From: Eubacteriales Family XIII. Incertae Sedis bacterium
Lineage (GTDB): Bacteria; Bacillota; Clostridia; Peptostreptococcales; Anaerovoracaceae
DNA: 37,458 bases
Assembly: GCA_031278255.1 (NCBI GenBank)
Contig: JAITKU010000117.1
Span: 1-37,458, forward strand
Reading direction: 5' to 3'
Shown: positions 25,407-33,595 of the stretch, in pieces
Numbering within the stretch: position 1 is the first letter of the stretch
How the letters are laid out: every line of letters begins with the position of its first letter
The notes under the pieces: generated by a model
Told to the model about the DNA's origin: nothing
Databases searched by the model: none
Seen by the model: only the letters and a program-made list of their open reading frames with translations
Made by a program: the position numbers and the translations under genes

Positions 25407-26075
25407 ATGAAAACCTTATCAAAGAAGAATTGCGCGGTCGTACTCGATATACTGCGTGCGGCCTATCCGGAGGCCGGTTGCGCTCTGGTCCACGAAAACA
25501 GCTTCGAGCTACTCGTCAAGGTGGTTCTGTCCGCCCAGACGACGGACAAGGGCGTCAACGCCGTTTCATCGGAACTCTTCGGGCGCTATAAGGACGCTGC
25601 GGCGCTGGCGGAAGCGGACGAGGAGGACCTTTGGCGCATTCTGCGGAGGATCGGCATGTACAAGACGAAAGCGAAGAATATTAAGGCGCTCGCCGCAAAG
25701 CTTTTGTCCGCGCACGGCGGCGTTGTGCCGGACGATTACGATGCGCTCATCGCCCTGCCGGGCGTCGGGCGAAAGACCGCCAACGTCGTTTTGGCCGTCG
25801 GCTTCGGCCGGCAGCGTATCGCCGTCGATACCCACGTGTTTCGTGTCGCCAACCGTATCGGGCTGTGCGACGAGAAGGATGTGCTGCGGACGGAACTGAC
25901 CCTGATGCAAAGACTGCCCGCCGATCGGTGGACGTAGGCGCATCACAGTCTGATATTTCACGGACGCCGTTGCTGTCACGCGCGGCGGCCCTCCTGTGAG
26001 ATATGCCCGGCGCGCGGCCTTTGCGTCTGCGCGGCGCGGATGTCCGTTCTTCAAAAAGGTCCGGCGGAGGCGTAG
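25407..26075 (+). pseudogene. nth: endonuclease III (nth) interrupted by a single in-frame TAG at 25935-25937
   Basis: Region 25407-25934 encodes the HhH-GPD domain (LVKVVLSAQTTD, LPGVGRKTANVVL, DTHVFRVANR). The same frame continues after the TAG as AHHSLIFHGRRCCHARRPSCEICPARGLC. That stretch is the Nth C-x6-C-x2-C-x5-C [4Fe-4S] loop, and the frame ends at 26075. The restored length is 221 aa. Confidence 0.8.
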
Positions 26076-26081
26076 AAACGC

Positions 26082-26879
26082 ATGAACGAGGATATGCTGA
26101 AAGAATTTATAAGCGACCCGGCCCTCGCCGCCACCGTTTCCGAGACGGATGCCCTGCGTAAGGACTTGGTCGGGATGCGCATATTCGACGCGCCGATCTT
26201 CGCGATCGCCGCAGCGGACGATCCGCTGTTCTTGCGGCTCAAGAGCGACGCATCGGTGGGCGCGCATCACCTCTTGCCCGCCGACTGGACGCCGGGAGCG
26301 CGCTTCGTCCTCTCCGTGTTTTTCCCGTTCGCAAAGCGGGTGCGGGCCGCCAACGCCGCCGCGGATCGCATACCCGCCGCGGAATGGCTTCACGGGCGTA
26401 TCGAGGGGCAAAAATGCATATCCGCCGTATTCGCCGCCGCCGCGGAGGTTTTGCGCCGCGCGGGTTTTTCGGCCGTTGTCCCCGCACTGGACGCGCGGTT
26501 TCGCTCGGAGGGCTTCACGAGCAACTGGTCCGAGCGCCACGTCGCTTTCGTCTGCGGCCTCGGAACTTTCGGGCTTTCGAGGGGGCTGATCACGGAGAAG
26601 GGCATCGCCGGCAGATTCGCGAGCCTCGTCACGGATATGGCGCTCTCGCCGACGCGCAGGGAATACGAGGATCTGTACGAGTATTGCGTCTTTTGCGGGC
26701 TTTGCGCGAAGCGCTGCCCCGCAGAGGCCATCGATCCCGAAACCGGCAAGGCGCACGCGCCCTGTTTCACGTTTTTGGAGGAAACGCGGGCGCGGTTTTC
26801 ACCGCGCTACGGCTGCGGCAAATGTCAGGCGGGCGTGCCGTGCGAATGCGGCATTCCCGCAAGGGGAGCGCGGTCGTGA
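26082..26879 (+). CDS. 4Fe-4S cluster protein, epoxyqueuosine-reductase/reductive-dehalogenase-like fold
   Basis: It contains NWSERHVAFVCGLGTFGLSRGLIT, as in the QueG/RdhA family core. Two Cys clusters follow: CVFCGLCAKRCP and CGKCQAGVPC. The exact function is not assignable. Confidence 0.6.
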   Translation: MNEDMLKEFISDPALAATVSETDALRKDLVGMRIFDAPIFAIAAADDPLFLRLKSDASVGAHHLLPADWTPGARFVLSVFFPFAKRVRAANAAADRIPAAEWLHGRIEGQKCISAVFAAAAEVLRRAGFSAVVPALDARFRSEGFTSNWSERHVAFVCGLGTFGLSRGLITEKGIAGRFASLVTDMALSPTRREYEDLYEYCVFCGLCAKRCPAEAIDPETGKAHAPCFTFLEETRARFSPRYGCGKCQAGVPCECGIPARGARS

Positions 26880-27841
26880 CGGTTGGGGTGGTGTTCAGCC
26901 GAGTGGCGGGCGTATTCGCGATGGTCCTCCTCGGCTTTATCGCGAACAGGGTCGGCTGGCTGCCGTCCGAATCCGGCAAATACCTCTCCAAGATCGTGAT
27001 CAACATAGCGGCGCCCTGCGCCGTGCTGCATTCCATGAGCGCGCAGGAAATGCGCGGCGACGCCTTTTCCTTGGTAATAGAAATTATTTCCGTATCGTTT
27101 GCCATGTTCCTGTTCTCCGCCCTGTGCGCCCTCCCCATCGTCGCCCTGCTGCGCGTCCGGAAAGAGGACAGGGGCGTCTATCGCAGCTTTGTTATCTTCT
27201 CAAACAACGGCTTCATGGGTTTTCCCGTCGTGCTGGCCGTATTCGGCTCGACCGGTCTTTTTTACATCATCCTCTCGAACATGGCCGCCATCCTTTTGCA
27301 ATATACCCTGTGCATTGCGCTGATCAAACGGGACGCAGCCGCGCTTTCACGGAGCAAGCCGCGAAAGGAGTCCGTGAAGAACCGTCTGAAAGCGGTGTTC
27401 GACGTTCCGCTCGACGCGGCTTTGGTCAGTTTGGCGATATTCCTGCTGCGGATACCCGTACACGAGGGTTTGCAGGATATATTTTCCTCCGTCGGCGCCA
27501 TGATGGCCCCGCTTTCCATGATTATCATCGGAATACAGCTCGCGCAGAGCAAAATTCGGGACGCCTTGCTGAATCCGCGGCTCGTCGTCATATCCGTCGT
27601 GCGGCTTGCGCTCATGCCGTTTCTTATGTTTCTTATTTTGGAATTTATAAACATAGATTCCCTGGTCCGTTGCGTGATCATACTGTCGTTCGCCATGCCC
27701 TGCGCGGCGCTTCCCGTGGTCTTTGCGCAGGAGTACGGCGCCAACGCGAAACTCGCGGCGGAGGGGGCTTTTCTGAGTACGCTGTTTTCCATGGCCTGCT
27801 TGCCGATTGCCTGTATACTTTTGACGCTGCATGTATTATAA
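26876..27841 (+). CDS. AEC-family (auxin efflux carrier-like) membrane transporter
   Basis: This is a roughly 321 aa polytopic protein beginning FSRVAGVFAMVLLGFIANRVGWL, with a C-terminal repeat half. The GTG at 26876 overlaps the upstream stop (GTGA) and has an AAGGGGAG RBS. The upstream part of ORF 26384-27841 overlaps the 4Fe-4S gene out of frame. Confidence 0.75.
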   Translation: MTVGVVFSRVAGVFAMVLLGFIANRVGWLPSESGKYLSKIVINIAAPCAVLHSMSAQEMRGDAFSLVIEIISVSFAMFLFSALCALPIVALLRVRKEDRGVYRSFVIFSNNGFMGFPVVLAVFGSTGLFYIILSNMAAILLQYTLCIALIKRDAAALSRSKPRKESVKNRLKAVFDVPLDAALVSLAIFLLRIPVHEGLQDIFSSVGAMMAPLSMIIIGIQLAQSKIRDALLNPRLVVISVVRLALMPFLMFLILEFINIDSLVRCVIILSFAMPCAALPVVFAQEYGANAKLAAEGAFLSTLFSMACLPIACILLTLHVL

Positions 27842-27939
27842 TAATAAATGGATTTTGAGTTTTGGGCGAAGCGCGTCGGCGCTTTGCGTTCGGGAAGGAA
27901 AGTATATTGTTGCTGCGGCGAGGAAAGTGAGGAATCGCG

Positions 27940-28704
27940 ATGCCATCTCCCCCCGACAGGATAGCGTTCACGGTTTTCGGCATAGATATCATGTGGTACG
28001 GTATACTTGTCACTTTTGCCATCGCCACGGGCGTTTTCATCGTATGTTTTCGCGCGTGGAAGCATGATCACACGGCCGACACGGTCATCAATTTCATGCT
28101 CTTTTGCGTGCCTGCGGGCTTGATCGGCGCGCGCCTGTATTATGTGCTTTTCAATCTCGACGATTTCTCCGGCAATCCCATGCAGATATTCAACACGCGG
28201 GCGGGCGGGCTTGCGATACACGGCGCCTTGCTGCTCGGCCTCCTGATGGCGATAATACTCTTTCGGGTTTGGAACATCGCCCCCCTGAACGCGCTCGATC
28301 TCGCGGCGCCGGGCTTTGCGGCGGCACAGGCCATCGGCCGCTGGGGGAATTACTTCAACCAAGAGGCGTACGGCGGACCGACGGATTTGCCTTGGGGTCT
28401 CATTGTGAACGGCCGGACCGTGCATCCCACCTTTCTTTATGAATCGCTGTGGTGCTTTCTGCTGTTCCTGTTGCTGATCCGCGTGGACAACCGCAGGCGC
28501 TTCGAGGGACAGACCTTTCTGCTTTACTGTATTCTGTATTCCCTTGAACGTTTCTTTGTGGAGGGGCTTAGGACGGACAGCCTGATGCTGTTCGACACTT
28601 TCAGGCAGGCACAGGTGCTGAGCGCGGCGGTGTTCGTGATCTGCGGCATCGCCTATCTGTATCTGCGGCGGCGGGAGAAGTATCGGGGCCGCTTGTTCTA
28701 TTGA
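27940..28704 (+). CDS. lgt: prolipoprotein diacylglyceryl transferase
   Basis: Matching stretches are IMWYGILVTFAIATG, the Lgt signature GRWGNYFNQEAYG and HPTFLYESLW. The product is 254 aa. Confidence 0.92.
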   Translation: MPSPPDRIAFTVFGIDIMWYGILVTFAIATGVFIVCFRAWKHDHTADTVINFMLFCVPAGLIGARLYYVLFNLDDFSGNPMQIFNTRAGGLAIHGALLLGLLMAIILFRVWNIAPLNALDLAAPGFAAAQAIGRWGNYFNQEAYGGPTDLPWGLIVNGRTVHPTFLYESLWCFLLFLLLIRVDNRRRFEGQTFLLYCILYSLERFFVEGLRTDSLMLFDTFRQAQVLSAAVFVICGIAYLYLRRREKYRGRLFY

Positions 28705-28753
28705 TCGATACGCGACATATGTTATTGTTCGGCGGATGGCAGAGGCATCTTTC

Positions 28754-29848
28754 ATGAAACTTGGTATAGTGGGACTTCCGAACGTCGGGAAGAGTACGCT
28801 TTTCAACGCGATCACAAAGGCCGGCGCGGAGGCGGCGAATTACCCGTTCTGCACGATAGACCCAAACGTCGGCGTTGTGACCGTGCCGGATGAACGGCTG
28901 CGGGTTTTGCACGAGATATACAAGTCGAAAAAGACGGTATACACGACGATAGAATTCTGCGATATCGCGGGACTTGTCAAGGGCGCGCACAGGGGCGAGG
29001 GCCTCGGCAACAAATTCCTCGGACACATAAGGGAGGCGGAAGCCGTTGTCCACGTCGTACGCTGTTTCGAGGACGCGGATGTCGTCCACGTCGATGGGCG
29101 GATCGATCCCCTGTCCGACATCGAAACGATCAATCTGGAATTGATTCTCTCCGATATGGACTTGCTGGAACGGCGGGTGCAGCGGACGCGCAAGGCCCTG
29201 AAAGGCGACAGGTCCTTGCAGGCGGAACTCGACACACTCACGCGGATCGGCGAAACGCTGGAGGCGGGGAGACCGGCGCGGACGGCGGCGCTCTCGGAAG
29301 AGGAGAAAGCTTTCGCAAAGGAACTCGGTCTGCTCTCTTTCAAACCCGTTATCTACGCGGCCAACGTTTCCGAGGCGGAGGCGGGCGGCGACACGGACGG
29401 CCCCCTGCTTCGGCGCGTCGCGGACTTCGCCGCGTCCGAGGGTTCGGAGGTCGTGGCTCTGTGCGCGAAGCTGGAATCCGAACTCGCGGAACTGGACGAT
29501 ACGGAAAAGGTCCCTTTCCTTGCGGAACTCGGCATAAAGGAATCGGGACTCGATCGTCTGATAAAAAGCTCGTATCGTCTGCTCGATCTGATATCTTTCC
29601 TCACGGCGGGCGAACCGGAGGTCCGCGCCTGGACGATCCGTCGCGGCGCGAAAGCGCCGCAGGCCGCGGGCCGCATCCATACGGATTTCGAGCGGGGCTT
29701 CATACGCGCCGAAACCATAGCCTACGATAAGCTGATCGAATGCGGCGGCAATCCCGCGCGCGCGCGGGAAAAGGGCCTGATTCGCGCGGAGGGCAAGGAT
29801 TACGTGGTGCGGGACGGGGATATCATGCACTTCCTGTTCAATGTATAA
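28754..29848 (+). CDS. ychF: redox-regulated ribosome-binding ATPase YchF
   Basis: [21 protein letters not shown]...[10 protein letters not shown]...DIAGLVKGA is followed by a C-terminal TGS domain ([30 protein letters not shown]). The product is 364 aa from the ATG at 28754. Confidence 0.93.
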   Translation: MKLGIVGLPNVGKSTLFNAITKAGAEAANYPFCTIDPNVGVVTVPDERLRVLHEIYKSKKTVYTTIEFCDIAGLVKGAHRGEGLGNKFLGHIREAEAVVHVVRCFEDADVVHVDGRIDPLSDIETINLELILSDMDLLERRVQRTRKALKGDRSLQAELDTLTRIGETLEAGRPARTAALSEEEKAFAKELGLLSFKPVIYAANVSEAEAGGDTDGPLLRRVADFAASEGSEVVALCAKLESELAELDDTEKVPFLAELGIKESGLDRLIKSSYRLLDLISFLTAGEPEVRAWTIRRGAKAPQAAGRIHTDFERGFIRAETIAYDKLIECGGNPARAREKGLIRAEGKDYVVRDGDIMHFLFNV

Positions 29849-29868
29849 ATTACCATAAATGAAATATC

Positions 29869-29908
29869 GCCGCCGCCGCGAAAACCCGCCGGCTTCCGCG
29901 GCGGCGGC
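29869..29908 (+). terminator. GC-rich hairpin after ychF (12-bp perfect stem), probable terminator/stabiliser
   Basis: GCCGCCGCCGCG (29869-80) pairs perfectly with CGCGGCGGCGGC (29897-908) around a 16-nt loop. No U-tract follows. Confidence 0.45.
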
Positions 29909-29931
29909 AAAGAAACAGTGGGAGTTTTGAG

Positions 29932-31458
29932 ATGAGAATAAAGAGAGGATTCCCCGCCGCGCCCGCAGTCGCCTTTCTCTTGGCCGTCGCGCTCGCGTTT
30001 TCGCAGACCGTCGCCGTCTCCGGCGCCGTTTATGAGCGGCGGTTTTCGTATTTTCCGCAGGAATCCGTGACCGTGCGCATAGACGGATCGCGCTTTTTCG
30101 TGGAGAATCTGCCTGCGCGCGCGGATTTCGATTACGGCTGCATAGAGTTTTTCACCCCGACCGGGAAGAGCGTAAAAGAGGAATGGACAGTCCGTTCGGA
30201 CGACGCCGATATGAGCGTCGATATGTCGGGCCTCTCCGACGGTCTGTATACGGCGACCTTTTACCGGTCGTCCGAGCTGTGGTCAACCTATACGAGCTAT
30301 TTTTCGGACAACGATGTGCAGCTTCGCGTGCAAAACGGCGAGGCTTCGCTCGTCACGCCCATCATGTACGAACGCAACGAGCGCTTCCACAATGCGGGAC
30401 GCAAAGATATCGCGGCGTTGTCCGCCTATCTCGGACCCACATACGAAATACAGAGCGACGATCCCGCCGTCCGCTCGCTCGCGGCCGCGCTCACGGAGGG
30501 GCTTGCGGACGATTACGACAAGGCGCTGGCGATCCACGATTGGGTCGCGGGCAATATCTACTATGACCACGACGAGGCTGCGGCGGGGACGGGAACGCGC
30601 TACGAGGGTAAGACGGCCCTCGGCGCGCTACGCCTCGGACGCGCCGTCTGCGAGGGCTACGCCAAGATGACGGCGGCCCTGCTTCGCGCGGCCGGCATCC
30701 CCGCAAAATTCGTGTATGGCTACGCCCTCGGCATAGACGGCAACGAATGGCCGTCCGACACGCCCGAGGACGCGCTCGGACCGGACGATTCAAACCACGC
30801 GTGGAACGAGGCTTTCATCGACGGCAGGTGGGTGATCATCGACGCGACTTGGGACAGCGGCAACCACTACGAGCAGGGCCGTAAGACGGCGAGCGACGGC
30901 GTCCTGACCCATCGTTATTTCGACGCCGCACTTGAGGCTTTTGCCGCGGATCACGCCACGACGGACCCCGAATGGGAACTTTGGTGGCTGCCGTCCGCCG
31001 CGCCCGTGCCGGCGGGTTCCTTTGCGGGAAGTGTGTTCGTGGACGGCGTTTTGACGGTGTCCGGCGTTTACAACATAGACGGCAGCAATTATTTTAAGCT
31101 GCGCGACCTCGCGTCGATGCTGGCGAACTCGGACCTTGCGTTCGGCGTCGGATGGGACGAGGCGAGCAAGACGGTGTCGATACGCACGGATGAGCCGTAT
31201 GCACCGGAGGGAACGGAACTCGCCGGCGGCGCGGGGACAAATGGAATGGCAGTGTTGCCCGAAATGACGGTAGAGATAGACGGCAAGGCAGTCTATTTGG
31301 AAGTTTACAACATAAACGGAAGTAATTATTTTAAGCTGCGCGACATGGCCGCGCGCATCGGGTTTTCTGTGGATTACGACGCGACCGCGAGGACTGTTTT
31401 GATCCGCACGGAAACCGCGGTGCCTGCGCAGACATCCGAGCAAGCGCCGCGGACGTAA
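29932..31458 (+). CDS. exported transglutaminase-like cysteine protease-fold protein with two C-terminal copper-amine-oxidase-N-like (stalk) repeats
   Basis: It has a signal peptide. The transglutaminase-core Cys-His-Asp context reads GRAVCEGYAKMTAALLRAAGIPA, NHAWNEAFIDGRWVIIDATWD. Two C-terminal repeats carry VYNI(D/N)GSNYFKLRD. Confidence 0.78.
   Translation: MRIKRGFPAAPAVAFLLAVALAFSQTVAVSGAVYERRFSYFPQESVTVRIDGSRFFVENLPARADFDYGCIEFFTPTGKSVKEEWTVRSDDADMSVDMSGLSDGLYTATFYRSSELWSTYTSYFSDNDVQLRVQNGEASLVTPIMYERNERFHNAGRKDIAALSAYLGPTYEIQSDDPAVRSLAAALTEGLADDYDKALAIHDWVAGNIYYDHDEAAAGTGTRYEGKTALGALRLGRAVCEGYAKMTAALLRAAGIPAKFVYGYALGIDGNEWPSDTPEDALGPDDSNHAWNEAFIDGRWVIIDATWDSGNHYEQGRKTASDGVLTHRYFDAALEAFAADHATTDPEWELWWLPSAAPVPAGSFAGSVFVDGVLTVSGVYNIDGSNYFKLRDLASMLANSDLAFGVGWDEASKTVSIRTDEPYAPEGTELAGGAGTNGMAVLPEMTVEIDGKAVYLEVYNINGSNYFKLRDMAARIGFSVDYDATARTVLIRTETAVPAQTSEQAPRT
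31066..31345 (+). repeat. intragenic direct repeat (43 nt, 40/43 identical) at 31066-31108 and 31303-31345
   Basis: GTTTACAACATA[G/A]ACGG[C/A]AG[C/T]AATTATTTTAAGCTGCGCGAC occurs twice, 237 nt apart. The spacing is in frame. Confidence 0.85.
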
Positions 31459-31543
31459 AAAACGCTTCGCGTAGGGGCGGGCGGCTTCCGAATTTTCGCG
31501 GCGGCTTTTCAGTGGGACGAGGTATCGCAAAACGGATAATACA

Positions 31544-31924
31544 ATGCAGGCGGACAGGGATTTCTTTGGGGCTGAGGCGCGGACAAAGGGGACCGGATTT
31601 TTTGAGCGCGTGTATGCTGTGATTGCGCGCGTACCCTATGGCGGGGTTGTTTCATACGGGCAGATCGCGCGCCTTCTGGGTAATCCGCGCGCGGCGCGTC
31701 AGGTCGGATGGGCCCTCGCCGCCTGTCCCGATCATCTGCCGTGGCAGCGCGTTGTGACGGCCGACGGTACCGTGACGGGCGGGATCTGCGCCGATATGCG
31801 CAGGGCCTTGCTCGCGTCCGAGGGCATTCCTTTCCTGCCGGACGGTCGCGTGGATATGGATGTCTGCCGGATACCGGACGACCTGCTCTTCGCGGCGTGC
31901 GATACGGCGGTGGATCGACGCTGA
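31544..31924 (+). CDS. alkyltransferase-like protein (ATL; MGMT DNA-binding domain lacking the acceptor cysteine)
   Basis: YGGVVSYGQIARLLGNPRAARQVGWALA is the MGMT helix-turn-helix/Asn-hinge region. The active-site PCHRV is replaced by LPWQRVV, a Cys-to-Trp change that is the ATL hallmark. Confidence 0.72.
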   Translation: MQADRDFFGAEARTKGTGFFERVYAVIARVPYGGVVSYGQIARLLGNPRAARQVGWALAACPDHLPWQRVVTADGTVTGGICADMRRALLASEGIPFLPDGRVDMDVCRIPDDLLFAACDTAVDRR

Positions 31925-31970
31925 CGCCGCGCGGCGTCTGCCGATCTCGGCGACTTACGCGTCTCCTTGA

Positions 31971-32666
31971 TCAGCCGGCCCCGGTTCTGTTTCCCTCGCA
32001 TGACGCTTCGTCGCTTTGCTTTTCGGCACGTAGCATTTTCTTCAGTTTTTCCCGTACGGCATCCAAATTACCGTCGGTCAGAACGGGGATCAGCCGGTTG
32101 ATTTCCGCGAGAGGCCGGTCCCACCATTTGAACGCCAAGAGCAACGCGATCAGTTCATCGTCGAAGCGTTTTCGCAACAGACGGGCCGGATTTCCCGCCA
32201 CGACGGAGTAGGGTTCGACATCGCGGCCGACGGTGCTGTCCGCGCCGACAATGGCGCCGCTACCGATATGCACGCCGGGCAGGACGGTCGAATACTGCCC
32301 GATCCATACGTCGTTTCCTATGACCGTATCCCCTTTGAGCGGCATTTCCGCGAGGGGCGGTATGGGCTTGCGGAAGCCCTCAAAGATGTAAAAGGGAAAT
32401 GTGGTGATCGCGTTCATCTGATGGTTGGCTCCGTTCATCATGAATTCGACGCCCGTTGCGATCTGACAGAACTTCCCTATGATGAGCCGGTCTCCGTAAA
32501 AATCGTAGTGATGCGTCACATGGCTTTCAAAATCCGCACCGCTGAAATACGTGAAATCGCCGACGATGATGTTCTTGCGCTTGATCGTGGGCTTGACATA
32601 TGTGACCGTATCCAATCCGGGCACGGGGAAAATCACATTCGGGTCGGGTATTCCGTTCTCCGTCAT
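31971..32666 (-). CDS. vat: Vat-family xenobiotic (streptogramin A-type) O-acetyltransferase, hexapeptide repeat
   Basis: Matching stretches are VGDFTYFSG..FESHVTHHY.FYGDRLIIGKFCQIATGVEFMMNGANHQMNAITTFPF and GDTVIGNDVWIGQYSTVLPGVHIGSGAIVGA. The ATG at 32666 has an AAGGAG RBS. The ORF-track start at 32819 is an unsupported extension. Confidence 0.8.
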   Translation of the reverse strand: MTENGIPDPNVIFPVPGLDTVTYVKPTIKRKNIIVGDFTYFSGADFESHVTHHYDFYGDRLIIGKFCQIATGVEFMMNGANHQMNAITTFPFYIFEGFRKPIPPLAEMPLKGDTVIGNDVWIGQYSTVLPGVHIGSGAIVGADSTVGRDVEPYSVVAGNPARLLRKRFDDELIALLLAFKWWDRPLAEINRLIPVLTDGNLDAVREKLKKMLRAEKQSDEASCEGNRTGAG

Positions 32667-32882
32667 CGCGTATGAACTCCTTTTGTTTTCTTCTTCCTTG
32701 ATTAACAGCAGGTCTACGGTTATTATACCGGTAAGCGCCGAGGGTTTCAATCGAAAGCGCAAGAGTTGTGTTTGACAAGGCGGGATAATGGTATATATCG
32801 GACCGGACGGGCGTTTCACGGGGGCGGTCGTTATGCCGACGAGATTCGCGCGGCGGCTTTGTGCGCCGCGCCGGAGGAGATC

Positions 32883-33494
32883 ATGTATTTATACTTGCGC
32901 GAATCGGAAAAAAAGACGGAGGCGACGGAATTTTTCAAGGCGGCCTTTCTCGATTACAACGCGCGCGCGCGGTTGGGTTTGTCACGGCAAGAGGCGGAAA
33001 CCGCGTCGCGCGCGCTCGGTCCTTACGGTAAACCCGGCTTCGTCGATATCCCCGCGCATTTTTCTATATCGCATTCGGGGCGTTTTCTCGTTTGCATTTT
33101 TTCCGACGCGGAGGTGGGACTCGATGCGGAGGATCTCGCCATGCGACGTGCGCAGGACGCGCGACGCATGGCGAACGGCGCGGCGGAGGATGATGTCTGC
33201 GCACGCTACCTTAGGATTGCCCGCCGCTGCTTCCGTGCGGATGAGCGGCGCGTCGTGCTGGAAGCGGCCGACCGAGGCTACGATGCGCTTACGGCGCTTT
33301 TTTTTCTGATCTGGACGAGAAAGGAAGCCTATGTGAAATATACGGGGCGCGGTCTCGGTGCCGGCTTGGGCGGTTTTTCCGTTTTGGACAGCGGCCTCGG
33401 CGTGTTCTTCGGCGTTGCGCATACGCGGCCCGCGCTCGCGTTGTCCTATTGCTGCGGAGCGGAGCGGGCGATCGAGGAAGCAATCTTCCTGTAA
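32883..33494 (+). CDS. Sfp-type 4'-phosphopantetheinyl transferase
   Basis: PPTase motifs are present: YGKPGF, FSISHSG, VGLDAE and WTRKEAYVKYTGRG. The ATG at 32883 has a GGAGGA RBS. Confidence 0.75.
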   Translation: MYLYLRESEKKTEATEFFKAAFLDYNARARLGLSRQEAETASRALGPYGKPGFVDIPAHFSISHSGRFLVCIFSDAEVGLDAEDLAMRRAQDARRMANGAAEDDVCARYLRIARRCFRADERRVVLEAADRGYDALTALFFLIWTRKEAYVKYTGRGLGAGLGGFSVLDSGLGVFFGVAHTRPALALSYCCGAERAIEEAIFL

Positions 33495-33595
33495 GGCTTT
33501 CCCTCGGAAACGTCCGTATCCTCGAACAAGTATGTATCCTCTTCGTTTACGGAAGTATCCTGCTGCGCCTTTTGTTTGTCGGAACGTTTGAATTG

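Noticed and set aside
25935-25937. The in-frame TAG in nth as evidence of pyrrolysine or genome-wide amber reassignment.
   Set aside because: In this same window TAG is the terminator of pth, mfd, hup and yabO at positions matching normal protein ends. No pyl genes or methylamine methyltransferases are visible. A nonsense mutation or a sequence error is more parsimonious.
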